From Octopus sinensis (lineage: Eukaryota), in the NCBI RefSeq assembly GCF_006345805.1, contig NC_043005.1, positions 38,688,001 to 38,752,000 on the forward strand: DNA of 64,000 nt, in the 5' to 3' direction. The translations under genes and the position numbers were made by a program. This document shows positions 51,776-64,000 of the stretch, in pieces. Positions within the stretch are counted from its first letter, which is position 1. Every line of letters begins with the position of its first letter. The notes below the pieces were generated by a model. It saw only the letters and a program-made list of their open reading frames with translations. It was not told the origin of the DNA and did no database searches.

Positions 51776-52085
51776 ATGGATAATACCAGTAAGACCAACG
51801 TCACCTGAGAAAAGTCAATTAGGGACCTGAGAAACCAAATTAAGGATTGTCTGTGTGATGGCTAGATTTGCAAAAGATATCAACCAAATTTTCTTTAAAT
51901 TACACCCAACCGTCTTAAAAGGTATCAGTTATTGTAGTTTTAGATGTACACAACTTGAAGAATGAAAGCAGATGTAATGAGCTCGGCTGTAAGGATTTAG
52001 ATTATTACTTTGCTTCTTTAGGGAGGAATGGGCGAAGCAACAAGAGAGAGAATATTTACTAAATTTGATAAAGCTACCGTTGTTA

Positions 52086-52127
52086 GTACTACTACTACCA
52101 CTATTACTACTACTACTACTACTACTT

Positions 52128-52171
<44 letters not shown>

Positions 52172-52187
52172 GATGATGATGATGATG
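52086..52187. repeat. (CTA)n(GAT)n microsatellite
   Basis: Read directly from the sequence. Confidence 0.95.
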
Positions 52188-53899
52188 CTATAAGCAAGAT
52201 GATACCACACTACATCTCTATTCCAGCATAACTGATTCGATGGTTGTTAAAGTACAGTCGAAGTAAACACAAAAAAAAGAAAAACAAAATCATTGGGAAA
52301 ATAAAATATAGCCAAAATAATTAATTAATTACTTAGGTAATTAATCGATTAATTAGTCAAAGCATAAATTGCCTTTATCACCATAAAACGGAAAATATCA
52401 TAATTTTGATATCCCAATACTTTCCTTGTAAAAAAAAAGAGAAAACACCACAATTTTGTTTTTCTTTTACAAAAGAGAGATTTTATAAAATTTAATTGAA
52501 CTTATTAACCTATGTTGATAACCTGGCCTATCAGGGTTTGGACAGACAGGATTGAGTTATACCCCACAGTTAGTAATTATGATAAAGAATTGCGGAAAGC
52601 GGATGGAAGAAGTCTGTTAGTATGCTTTCAAACCATTAACATCCTTTCGGTGTTGGGTAATTAATCATGGAAGCGGGGAGCGGTGAGAGTTGTATGTTTA
52701 ATAAATCATAATATGCTCGGTGAACGCCAAGAATACAATGACTTTGTATTTCTATTGATTCTTAATACTTTCCCGTAGATTCGAACAAAAATATTTTAAT
52801 CGCTGTTGTGTTGTGTCACATGAGAACAAACCGATTCACTAGTACGAGAAATTCTGAGATAGCCGGGTTTTCGACGTCGTTATATCACTCATCAACAAAA
52901 AGTTTCCTCTGAGAAATAAATCTAACAAGAGCCGATGGTCTTTTTTATGACTTTAGAAACAAAACACTTTGCTGATCTGAGCTGATATCTGCCATCCGAA
53001 AATAAATAGTCATTTGGAGAGTGAACAGTATGAATCAAACTGACGATATACATGGTCGATTTGAGCCTGGTTACATATTACTTCAGGAACTGCATATAAA
53101 CTTGATTCAAATAAACACCAGTAATGGAAAGGTCGCTGTATATTCTCTGCTCTTATTTTTATATCACGATTTCTGAACAACAGCCACAAATACAGATATA
53201 CAAAATACACACAACACGAATTCTTGATTTACTGAAAATATTTCTGCTTCTAGAGAATGTGACATAAATAGCAATTGGTAATCAAAACTAGCTTCGTATG
53301 AGAAGCGGAAATCTCAAGAAACAAGAATTCTCCAAAGTTGACATAGCATTAATGAAAAGTACAGTGTTATTGTATAAACAAAAGAAGAAAGTCGTGAATA
53401 CATTCCACCATCTCAAATGACGTCATCAGTAACGAGAGTTTTCCAACCTAATATCCAGTACATAAGAGACTTAAACTTATACAAAAGGAGTAAAATACAT
53501 TTATGGCGTAGGTAACTTATATAATTTAAAGAAAATCAATCTAGTCTGGCGGGTTATGTATTTTCTAAACCTACTACTAAATTAGGATATTTCTGAAGGT
53601 GAGATGGCACAAGAGACAGTGGACTTCGTTAAAGGAGCGCCGGTTTATCCTCAATGTTTATATCCAATGGCAGCAAATACAGTCGAAAGATGTAAGCACA
53701 CGTGAGCACACACACGTACGAAATACCGTATTGGTTGTAGGTCTTGATAGTATTCATGAAAATCCGAATATGCTGCGTTAACCTATAGGGATCAGTACGA
53801 CCAATATAGGGCAATTATATAATACAAAGTGCACACCTTTTGTTAAAGGAAAATATGAAGTATGAATTTAATATTCTTTTATTTTATCTATTACACATG

Positions 53900-54265
53900 T
53901 TTCTGTAAGCAGCACTCGATGATGGCAAATTATAAAAGCGCATTTGATCATACGTTATCCGTCGTGGGACAGGGTTGGAATATCTATATCGATGTAAGAA
54001 CCTACTTCGAAGAGGTTTGAGTGAAGAGGTGAGTTAGACGATGAGGTCCAATACCCGCTGCGTCCATCTGGTCTCACACCACCAGAAGATTTACGGGGAT
54101 ATTTTGAACACAAATTTATGCCACAAAACTGGCTACAGTCGACGAATTGAAGGCAGGCATTGAACGAGAATGCACACTTCTATGCGCTTCTTAATGTTTC
54201 TATTCCATTGGTTCATCTTATCAGTAGTGACTGAGCCATATTGGTCACCGTTTTGAAATCAACGG
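53900..54265 (+). pseudogene. Decayed Tc1/mariner-superfamily transposase C-terminus (rosa/maT-like)
   Basis: Fragments YIDVRTYFEE, QYPLRPSGLTPP..LRGY and YATKLATVDELKAGIEREC resemble (W/Y)PPRSPDLTP.DF.LWGYLK..VY..KP.T..ELK..I..EC. Confidence 0.55.
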
Positions 54266-54418
54266 TTCATGAAAAATTTAATTCAGTGTGTAGATTTTTA
54301 TCAAATTTGAAAAAGAATTTTTTTAATAAACATTGACTTTATGATCAATCAATGTACATATGCATGCTTTGGGACATCAAGTATTATATATACATACACA
54401 TATATATGTGTGTGTGTG

Positions 54419-54464
<46 letters not shown>

Positions 54465-54468
<4 letters not shown>

Positions 54469-54607
54469 TGTATGTGAATGTACATATGTGTGTATACGTG
54501 CAGACATAGATATATACATATAATAATACATATACAAACATATGCATATATTTATGAATACATAACGTATATTTATATTTACACAATACACGCACACACT
54601 CGTGTAT

Positions 54608-54641
<34 letters not shown>

Positions 54642-54812
54642 TTAGATATATATATATATATATATATATATGCATGTATGTGAATGTACATATGTGTGTA
54701 TACGTGCAGACATAGATATATACATATATAATACATATACAAACATATGCATATATTTATGAATACATAACGTATATTTATATTTACACAATACACGCAC
54801 ACACTCGTGTAT

Positions 54813-54844
<32 letters not shown>

Positions 54845-54867
54845 TTAGATATATATATATATATATA
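54465..54867. repeat. Near-perfect tandem duplication, period about 206 bp
   Basis: TGCATGTATGTGAATGTACATATGTGTGTATACGTGCAGAC... begins at both 54465 and 54671. Confidence 0.9.
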
Positions 54868-56199
54868 CTTACATACATTTTTTTAGTTATGTACTTCCAA
54901 AAACACACAACTTTGATGAACCGATGAGAGTATATATTGCCTAACAGTTCAATCTGATTGGATAATTCCCACGTACAGGAACCAAAAAAAATTCAAAATC
55001 CTTATAAAATAAGAGTAAAAGAAATATTATAAATACAATCAAAAATAGCAACAAACAAACAGGATTATCTACCACCAAAGATAGCGACGTGAGAAAATAT
55101 GTTGGCAGATATAGGAATCAGTAAAATCCGTATGCAAATGTTTACCAAATATGCCAAATCTACATCTATTTCTATCACAGCAAAATCCAATGAATGTTAT
55201 ATTCGGTTATTGGAAATGCTTCATCGATTGTTGCTTGAACCTAATCGATGTCACGCATGCGCATGCGTGTCTATATTTGTTGCTGAATATACGTGATTTA
55301 ATATACGTATGCGTTTGTCTTCTTCATTTGCATACATGTATATAAGAGGGAGATAGGTTTGTGTTTATCTTCAAATATTTGTGCTTAAATATCTCTCTAT
55401 GTTATTATATATTGCATGTTTGTCTATCGTTTCTGAGCGTGGATTTTTCGTAATTTTTCTAAAATGTACGTGCGGTGGATATGGTTGTTTGAATGTAATC
55501 AGATATTTGTGGGTTGCATGTTTGAATGTACACGTGTCTAAATATCTGAATACGCTTTACATGTTTTCACACAGCTGCATTTGTATGTATGCGTGGATAT
55601 TATATGTGAGTGTGTGTGTGTGTCTGTCTGTGTGCATATATATATATATTATATTCATGTGAGTGTGTGTGTTTGTGTATCATTATTGCGTGTTTGTCTG
55701 AGCTGGACTTTAAAAGCATATGTGTTCGTTGTTATTTTCACATGATCAGGTGTTTATATAACAGTCTGTTTAAATACACATATGAGGTTCGTGAGTTGTT
55801 GAATATGAGAAGTAATCTGTTTGTGAGATCATATATACGTGCATATCTGTTTGCAGCAAGTATATAGTTCATTATTTTTATACGCATTCGAACAGAACAG
55901 GTTTTATATACGTGCGCAGAGGAGTTCAGATTTGTTTAGTTGTGATTTAATTCCTATATTTGTGTTTTTTTTTTATTTTCGTGTGACTACGATTGAAGAC
56001 GGTATATTGGAAAAGAAGAATTTCATAATCCAAACGTAGGAAGAGAAATATATGGCCACCATTTTCTGAAGTATGATTTTTCGCATCACTCTTTCGACGC
56101 TGTTTTGTATTAAGTTTGAATTCGAATAATATATTTCTCTTGCTATAAGAATTAACATCGCAATATCCCTTTTCCTACTATCTGCTAAGTTACTGCTTT

Positions 56200-56520
56200 A
56201 GGCTTATCCAATTCATCCATTCCGTTTCTCCTATTCCAGGGATTGCCCTAGGGTTAGTGTCCTCAGGTACTTCCTCCATAGGGACCTAACAGAAACAATT
56301 GTCATCTTTCTTTCTGGCTGGATTACCAAGTATGACCGTCTAAGACCATGAATATCATCCAACCAACTTATTCTTTTCTATTCTTAGGTCTCCTGCCAGT
56401 TGGCTCACCTTGAACAATCCATCCTGCGATCCTTTCTTACGATATTCTAATCACATCTCCGGAGTACCGGAACTGTGAATTTCAATGCAATGAAATAACG
56501 GCTTAATGTAGAGTTCCTCC
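56200..56520 (-). pseudogene. RTE-clade LINE 3' remnant
   Basis: Minus frame SQFRYSGDVIRIS*ERIAGWIVQGEPTGRRPK.R followed by WLDDI, resembling QLRWFGHV.R....G.RPRGRP...W.D. Confidence 0.6.
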
Positions 56521-56751
56521 TTGATCTCTGTTCACTAATAAAAGCATAATTAAGTTACAGATTAATCAGTGGCACCTGGAGCTGGACTGTTTTACTGAAT
56601 GGTGTATACCACTACATAGAAGAACCATTTCTACTGCTGCTTCGGCCCAATGCCGATCTATGGATGTAAAGGAAATATGAGATCAGAACTAATGTGGCCT
56701 GTCACACATAATTAAATCTGTGCTGATGTATTTAATGTAGTGGGCCCAACC

Positions 56752-56893
56752 CAATGGCGTACCGTGGATTTTGGCCGCACTGAGCGGTATCCAAATTGGT
56801 AGGTTCCTTTCTTAGACGTATCATTGCTTCAATTAGCGCACACGCACGTGTATAAATGGCCGCTCACCCCGAACACCCAATACTATGCCACTT
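56752..56893. mobile_element. Possible decayed hAT-type MITE
   Basis: Ends CAATGGCGTACC ... CTATGCCACT resemble CAGTGGCGTA TIRs. Confidence 0.3.
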
Positions 56894-57165
56894 CTCCAAC
56901 CACCACAAATACAATAACTTATTAAAATCACATTCGCAACGAAAAGAAAAATCACTACCTTAATGATTAATTTGGGTCAAGAAAGGAGAGGAATTGATTT
57001 GAATGGTGTTATATAGTGGGAAGCAGGCACGAACTTTAAAAGTAGTAGGACAATTTCGGACACGTTTCGGTGTTATTAGATTTCTTCGGTGAATCAGAGT
57101 TGCTAATATTTACCAAATCCTAGCCAGGCACAGACAAAGATTGTGCGCTATTAAACATTGACATA

Positions 57166-58441
57166 CGAGGGACGTTCAATAAGTAATGCCTCTGACCCAC
57201 TTGCAGTTGTTTGATCTAGCTGAAATTTTGCATGTGCAATTATGTATATCTCAATAGAGTAAGTGGCAAATTACAGCTCTGAATTAATTGTGGTTTCTGA
57301 TTTACGGGTGTTTGAACCGAGTCAAGTGTGAAATGGAGCCTGTTAAGTGTCGAGCAGTGATCCGGTTTTTGTATTTGAAAGGACGCACACCACGGGAGAC
57401 TTTTGATGAAATAAAAGTAACTTATGGTGATGATGCCCCATCATATGACCTTGTAAAACGCTGGCATCGTGAATTCAAACATGGTCGGAACTCTGTGGAA
57501 ACAGCTCCCAGATCTGGTCGCCCCTTCTGCCATTGATGAGGCATCTGTCCGTCAAGTTGAGGCTGTCATTTTGGAAGATCGACGCATAATTATTCGCCAA
57601 ATAGCCCATGAGGTCAAGATTAGTACCGGGTCTGTGGAAACTATCATTCATGACCATTTGCATATGCAAAAGGTGTCTGCCAGATGGATTCCCATGTTGC
57701 TCACGCCTTTCCGGAAGCAAGAACGCGTCGAGTGCTCGAGGGTGAATTTGGAGATGTGCCAAGAAGATGAGTCAAAATTTTTCAAAAGACTGATTACACA
57801 GGATGAAACCTGGGTCCATTACGATGATCCAGAGACCAAAGCCCAGTCAATGCAGTGGAAGCACCGTGACTCACCCCCTCCAAAGAAGGCAAGGGTGCAG
57901 CCCTCCGCTGGCAAGGTCATGCTCACAGTAGTGAGTAGTGATGACAGATTTCCTGGCAAAGGGTAACATAATTGCAGGAGCCTATTATGCTTCACTTTTG
58001 AGGAAATTAAGAGAAGTTATCAAAATCAAGAGGCGGGGCAAGATCAGCAAAGGCATCCTCCTCCTGCAGGACAACGCTCCGGTCCACAACTCGCTTGTCG
58101 CCTGATCAGAAGCACAGGCGTATGGCTATGAACTCCTCCCCCATCCTCCTACTTTCCTGACCTTGCACCCTCGGATTTTCACCTCTTCCCAGCCATGAAG
58201 TTGTTTTTGAAAGGAAAGCGTTTCCCAGATGATGCAGCCTTGATTTCTGAAGTCACTTTCAGGTTGGAGGACCAAGCTGGGGTCTTCTACAAAAATGGTC
58301 TCCAGAGCTGCATCAAACAATGGGAGAAATGCGTAACTCTGAGTGGTTGCTATGTAGAAAAAGACTAATAACTGTGCCAAGTTTCGTTGCTCTACTGCTA
58401 TGGGAAGTGGGTCAGGGGCATTACTTATTGAACGCCCCTCG
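57166..58441 (+). mobile_element. Full-length mariner DNA transposon (about 1.28 kb), comparatively young, inactive
   Basis: TA|CGAGGGACGTTCAATAAGTAATGCCTCTGACCCACTT ... AAGTGGGTCAGGGGCATTACTTATTGAACGCCCCTCG|TA: 37-bp TIRs with 2 mismatches and a TA TSD. Confidence 0.97.
57333..58368 (+). pseudogene. Mariner (irritans-like, DD34D) transposase pseudogene
   Basis: MEPVKCRAVIRFLYLKG..., PRSGRP, KVSARWIP..LT, LITQDETWVHYDDPETKAQSMQW, SAGKVM, LLQDNAP.H, PDLAPSDFHLFP. Frameshifts near 57525, 57930 and 58148, and a stop near 58103. Confidence 0.95.
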
Positions 58442-59604
58442 TACATGCAAGTAAAAATTATAACTGGAATTAAAATACACGAATGCGTCCTCTGCGTAGA
58501 AAACTAATAGTTAAGTTGGTGTTAACATAATTTAGAGAAACAAACAATCTTGGCTTAACATTAAATTTGGATTGAGCAGAAGAAAATTGTCATTATCGAT
58601 ATAATGAATTCTAGTAAAAAAATGTCATTGGGAATAAATCTTGGGATAAACATGTTAATTCAGTAAGGTTAGACTGGTAAAGATGGTTGACAGAAATATG
58701 ACGAAAGTGCCATTGGAGATAAATCTTGAATTTAAGCAAAGCAAGAGTGAATAGCGGTGATGGCTTAACTGATCTTTGATAAGTAAAATGACAACACCGA
58801 ATATATTCTGGCCTTCTTAACATTATTTAATTATTTCATGCATAAACAGTCATATTGGTACAGCATGCAACATGTTCGGATTGTTGGTACTAAACTCGTA
58901 CTCAATATGTACTAAACTCGTAAATGAATAAAGTAAGACTGATAAAGATGGTTGACAGAAATATGACCAGATATGTCAGAAATATTACTAGATATGACAG
59001 AAATATAACTAGATATGTCAAAAGAGGCATGGACCAAGGATAGGATGAACAAGCATCCTATAATAGGAAGCGGAGTCTGGCAAATACCCGAAATCAAAGT
59101 TCGAGTGATAAGTACTGTCAGGTGATAATGGAGAGATGAAGATCTATTAATTCAAGTCATTGCCTCCCTTTCTTACAGTTGATACATTTTGTTGGGAAGG
59201 ATTAACAGCTGAAATAGACTGATATTAAACTGATGCGTTTCATAATTTCTGGTCGATTCATCTTTTTATAGCATGTGAAACTCTTTACCTTACTCAAAAA
59301 GTAGGATTGTTCACCCGAAACTAACTCAGGCGCTGTACTTTTGTATGTGTTATTCTCATCTGATTTCGACTTACTGCGCATTAATCTTTAAATCCCTCAT
59401 TGGTGGGGAATTTTGTGATGTGAACATGCCCCACGGGTAAAACCTCATGCATAAGTAGCTGATAACGGGCCTCATGAGGCTCTTCTTGAGATAATGAGTC
59501 GTTTAAAATATTTTAACATAGATTACAAAAGCTCACACTCTAAATCAAATCGATAACTATCACACATGCGCACATACGCACACATGTGCACCTACACACA
59601 GAGA

Positions 59605-59657
<53 letters not shown>

Positions 59658-60762
59658 CATGTGTGTGTGTGTGTGTGTATCATCCACTGCGTATGCCGGA
59701 GATGTTGCAACATTTGTCCGTCTACTATCTTACATATACATGCATGCATACTCAAATACATATTCATTCATATATTAATCTAGAATGAAATGTGGGTAGA
59801 ATTGGCAACTGAATTATAAACATATTATAAAAGTGATTGATTTAGAAAATTTCTCCATAAAATAAATTACTCTAAATAATATAATAACTGTTCAAATCCA
59901 GTGTTATTATCACTTAAGCGTTTAAATTGTTCTTCTCATACCAAGCGTTGTCTCACAGAACTACTTTGGTAATTCCCTACAGATGTTTGTTTCTGAAAGC
60001 AAACTAATTTTTGAGGCTAAAATTGAATTGAGGCATCTTCAGGGGATAAGCGAGAGAAGAATAAGATATAAAATTAGTACCGTATCTTTAGAGGCCATGC
60101 TGTGTCAGTCGCCCCTGTAAGGTCAGAATAATACGCAAATGCATCTATGTTATGTGTGTATTAATCAATGTGTATGTGTTTCTTTTACTCGTATTTCGTT
60201 GCGACTTGTAATTCATATATCTTGTTATCTATAAATGTTTGCCGACTTTATATTTTCGTACTATTTTTACTTTAGTAACGTGGAGAATAAAACAAAACGT
60301 GTTATTTAATGTATAGTATTATGTAGAAGAGAGTAAAAAATGTTCTTTTTGTAAACCATTATATGGGGTGGTGCTACTGATACATAAAAACACTATAATT
60401 TTCCTAAAACAAGGTTATTTGACTAATTGAGAGGCATTCACTACAACCATTGGCTTAGAAACGCTTTAACAATCTTCTATAGTTTTCTTAAGGTTATTTC
60501 TACAGAAGTTATAGCCAGCACTGATTTTTTGCTACAACGGTTCATACCGAAATGATAGATGTAAACAAAAAATGAAATCGAAGACAAAAATGGGTAATGA
60601 GTATATATACAATATTTCGGAGGTTTTGCCCCTTCATCAGCATCCACCCAAACCCACTCCCGCCTCCAAACACATTGCTTATATATCCACCACATACAGC
60701 GGTATTAAGTTATTGGATATACCAAATTACATAGACGTATTTCTAGGGCTGGTATGTAAACA

Positions 60763-60963
60763 TTAATGTCTTGTAGGTACGTGGTATTTCGTTTTGTAAC
60801 CATAATATACTATAAATTATATGAAATGCTTTTATAAGTCAACACCACGTAATAAACACTGCTATCGCAGTAGGATGTGGTGTTGACTTATAAAAACATT
60901 TAATATATTTATAGTATATATCATGGTTGCATAACAAAATACCACGTACCTACAAGTCATTAA
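60763..60963. repeat. Fold-back palindrome (about 86 bp arms, 28 nt spacer)
   Basis: CTTGTAGGTACGTGGTATTT/AAATACCACGTACCTACAAG and TTTTATAAGTCAACACCAC/GTGGTGTTGACTTATAAAA. The spacer holds the mini-hairpin ACTGC-tatc-GCAGT. Confidence 0.9.
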
Positions 60964-63664
60964 CTCTTCTATTCATATTTCATCTTCTGTCAATACAATA
61001 CAATGACCGAAGTCTTTCTCTCTGCTTCACTGGGTACTGGTACAAAGATCTCCCCTTCTGTGATCTAGTTACCGGTCCTCTTCAGCCCAGACAAGTCGAC
61101 ACACATCTCTATCTTCCCATGATTGAATTTCTTGCATTTCTTTTGTCTTTTACATTTCTTATATCTTTTAAATTTCTTTCATTTCTTACATTTCTTTCGT
61201 ATGCTTAAACATATTTGGTTATTCCTCCCGAGAGCCACAGGCCCCGGAATTACCATTCCTGTAGAGATGTAAACCTATAGGTGGCTACATGAAGTTAAGC
61301 AACGTGTTGTGGTGTGAAAAAATATTTGGAATTTGAAGTAGTATAAAGTTAAGTTACCAGAATCAGAGAGAAAACGTCTGTCAAAATAGCACATGGCTTT
61401 AGATTTAAGAGCAATTTGAAGAGCAAGAAGCTACAAAATTCTTATTCAGTTAACGGCAGAGAATAAGAAAATATGGCAAAGAGATTGGTGTATATAGGAA
61501 AAACTAACGGTCCCAGTTATGAACGTAGCATACGAATTACATGATAAACTGAGTTACAGAAAGGGACGGTGAATTGTAAACGTTAAACGACTTCGGTTAA
61601 GTCCTTCACCTCTTAAACAGGTGTTGAAGTCAATAATGTACAGGGTGCAAAAGATAGTGAACCTCTTCTCCCAAGTCTCCCACTGTACCACCTCTCAGTA
61701 CACAATAGGCAGCAATTTTGTGGTGATGAAATATACTACAATGATATTATTGTATTTCTTAATGTATTTCTTTTAAAATGCTTTTTATGTATACATACTG
61801 TACTACATATCGCAAAAATCTATATCCATTTACAGAAAGTTTATAATGTTTTCATGTTATTTCCTTTCGTGTTTTGGAAACCATTGTGTCTAAACTCATT
61901 CTATTTTATAACATGGGAGACTACAAGAAAGTAGGTTTCTCGTTTCTGAATTCTGCAATATGACAAAACTTTCAAGAACGCTATGTGACCGAAGCGCAAC
62001 AGGCGTTTATATTCTAGGGCGGTTTTCACATCATCTTTATAGAAACTCATGTGAAACCCACCTGAAATATTTTCCTGCACTAATGAGGAAGGGAAATCTT
62101 TTTGATGCAGTCTCACCTGCGTTGATGATGTGTTGATGTGTTGTCTATTCACCAAAAGAGATCCTTAGTAATGGTGCTCCCTAACATTTGGAGCGAACTT
62201 GACAATTATGTTCATTTACCTCTCTTGTTTAAAGTTTGAGGATATACAATAATGCCTCCTTGATATACACAATAACTGTGTTTTAGAGATTTCCGAAACA
62301 AGTTTTGTTAGAACTGCTCAATACTTGCATGCATAGCGGGCTTGCTACCTGCAGCCTACGGTACCATGCTAACTTTTCTTTTCAACTAATACTTTCCTGA
62401 GCGTTCAGGCCTTTTGCCTCCTTGCGGTCTCTACTGGGCACTCTATTCCGATTTCCTTTATATTCCCTTAATGCTTTCTGAGACTGCCCCTGAAACCCAG
62501 GTCGTTGCAGTAACTGGTCCTAAAGCGCGACGGCATTGCTGGGATCTTTGACACTGTACAGTGTCGACACGTTCCAGCGTTTGTGTAGCTTTCACTGTCA
62601 AAATTTGGCACAATCCCTTCCAGGATCTTCTAGATGGATATCTCTCTATATATAAACGGCAGTTTGTCTGTGCGTGCTTCTGTGTGTCTGTTTTCTCGTA
62701 CCCTCACCCTGACCACGGCTTTCAACCGATTCTGATGAAACTTGACACACACATAGCCCAATGTCATAATTCAAAACTAACGCAGCGAAAATTTTGAAAA
62801 GTTCCCCCAGTTCTGAAAAAAATTGATAAATTCGACATGGGGTCGAGAATCATAAACATGAACCACAGACTGTCTAGGGGACGCAACTCGAGAATCTAAG
62901 CTTTTTTTATGCAACGCATTATCTATGGTAGTTTTCTCAACTTGCAATCGATTTTCACCAAACTCATGGTGAAGCTTAATGTTACCCTAAGAAACTCAAT
63001 TCTGACGTTAGTTTTCCATGCAATACCTTACCATCAAAACAATCGATAAAATCATGCCATTTTGGGAAATCGCGTTCAAATTCAATGACATATTTTCGAC
63101 AATATCTTTCACAAATTGGCAGGAATCTTTTTTTTTTTCACAACGAGCATCATGTCTGCTCCAAGGAGCTATATAGCCCTTTTTATTCCAATAGGATACT
63201 TATTGGAAAAAATCGGTTAATTTAATCATATGTGGCACACATAGCAAACAAATTTGTGTATTAACAACAAACCAGACTGTCTAGGGGACGCAACTTGACC
63301 TTTTTAGCTATCGATAATTCGATCCAACCAATTCCTACCAGGAAGAAATTACATTCGAGACTTTACCCCCAACACCGCCACTCTGCTAATAGCTGCTGCA
63401 GCCGCAAGTTATTCGAATACTTTTTTTGTTTAAACTTTCTTTATAACTACCACCCCAAACGTTTTACCTTCAATTTTTGACGTACCCTAACGGTCCTCGG
63501 ACGCTACTTGCAAACTCTTGGTTTATTATAAACCACTTTTGTCGTGTGCATCAAAAAAAATTTCCTTTCGTTTGTTCAGTTTGATCACTTTTGACTTTTT
63601 CGTTGTTGTCACTCACATTGCTGCCAGCTTTTTGGCCGTTTTTGTACTTTTTATACATTTTCGG

Positions 63665-63846
63665 ATACTTACCCCACGAGCTCCTTTTATTACACCTTTA
63701 CCAAACACATTGCTATCCACCAAAATACTTACCCCACGTGTTCCTTTTTATTACACCTTTGCCAAACACATTGCTATCCACCAAAATACTTACCCCACGT
63801 GTTCCTTTTTATTACACCTTTGCCAAACACATTGCTATCCACCAAA
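63665..63846 (+). repeat. Three tandem 60-61 bp repeats ending at the Helitron ORF start codon
   Basis: ATACTTACCCCACG.G.TCCTTTT(T)ATTACACCTTT.CCAAACACATTGCTATCCACCAAA x3, then ATG. Confidence 0.92.
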
Positions 63847-64000
63847 ATGCCACCCAAGAAGAGAAGGACCCTCCTCAGCCCTCGGACGGCCAAGGCATCG
63901 GCTGCTAGGGCTAGAAGGGCACGCGAGACCCACGAGGAACCGCCTTGCGCCTCTCGCAAACAGCTTCCCGTTATGCCGCTGCTCAGGCATCTGAAACTAC
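63847..64000 (+). pseudogene. N-terminus of Helitron RepHel-like protein (probable 1-nt frameshift near 63940)
   Basis: MPPKKRRTLLSPRTAKASAARARRARETHEE, then after restoring one base TALRLSQTASRYAAAQASET. This is a basic start plus R..ET.E....RL repeats typical of RepHel N-termini. Confidence 0.6.

Larger units (their letters stand above)
62641..64000 (+). mobile_element. 5' part of a Helitron (continues beyond window)
   Basis: A|TCTCTCTATATATAAACGG start with a GT-rich tract and CAACCGATTCTGATGAAACTTG motif typical of animal Helitron 5' ends. Internal repeat CAGACTGTCTAGGGGACGCAACT at about 62866 and 63274; RepHel-like ORF start at 63847. Confidence 0.75.

Noticed and set aside
53010-53174. 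Minus-strand open frame after a good acceptor (NRDIKIRAENIQRPFHYW...)
   Set aside because: No strong in-phase donor and no recognisable homology; cannot be supported without transcripts.
58660-58970. Short direct repeats (AAAGATGGTTGACAGAAATATGA; GTACTAAACTCGTA)
   Set aside because: Small local duplications with no further structure or element boundaries.
61901-62155. ORF containing KRLLRFGHI, possibly a LINE C-terminal remnant
   Set aside because: Only one short motif matches, which is insufficient to call.
63665-63846. Regularly spaced repeats as a CRISPR array
   Set aside because: Units are contiguous near-identical tandem copies with no unique spacers; the context is eukaryotic and there are no cas genes.

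Overview
Eukaryotic, AT-rich, microsatellite-saturated genomic DNA with no long host ORF. Almost all entries in the ORF track are translations of simple repeats. The SINE families and overall composition strongly resemble octopus (coleoid cephalopod) genomes; this is inferred from sequence recognition, not from a search. The window reads as large introns or intergenic DNA made of decayed transposons: three full-length mariner fossils, Tigger- and hAT-type MITEs, two Helitrons (one running off the right end with a RepHel-like N-terminus), RTE and R4/Dong LINE fragments, two abundant SINE families (one with a Nin/Deu domain) and several Penelope-like element (PLE) remnants of Neptune and Naiad type. 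The most notable signals are non-coding. About ten type I hammerhead ribozyme (HHR) motifs are present. One has an intact core and sits in the loop of a 125-bp inverted repeat (17.7-18.0 kb), and a both-strand HHR array sits inside another inverted repeat (43.5-44.2 kb). There is also a SECIS-like hairpin behind a Naiad PLE ORF, two long fold-back palindromes, and a few small minus-strand exon candidates of an unidentified host gene. No rRNA, intact tRNA, CRISPR array or prokaryotic feature was found. All coordinates were read by eye, and SINE/LINE boundaries are approximate.
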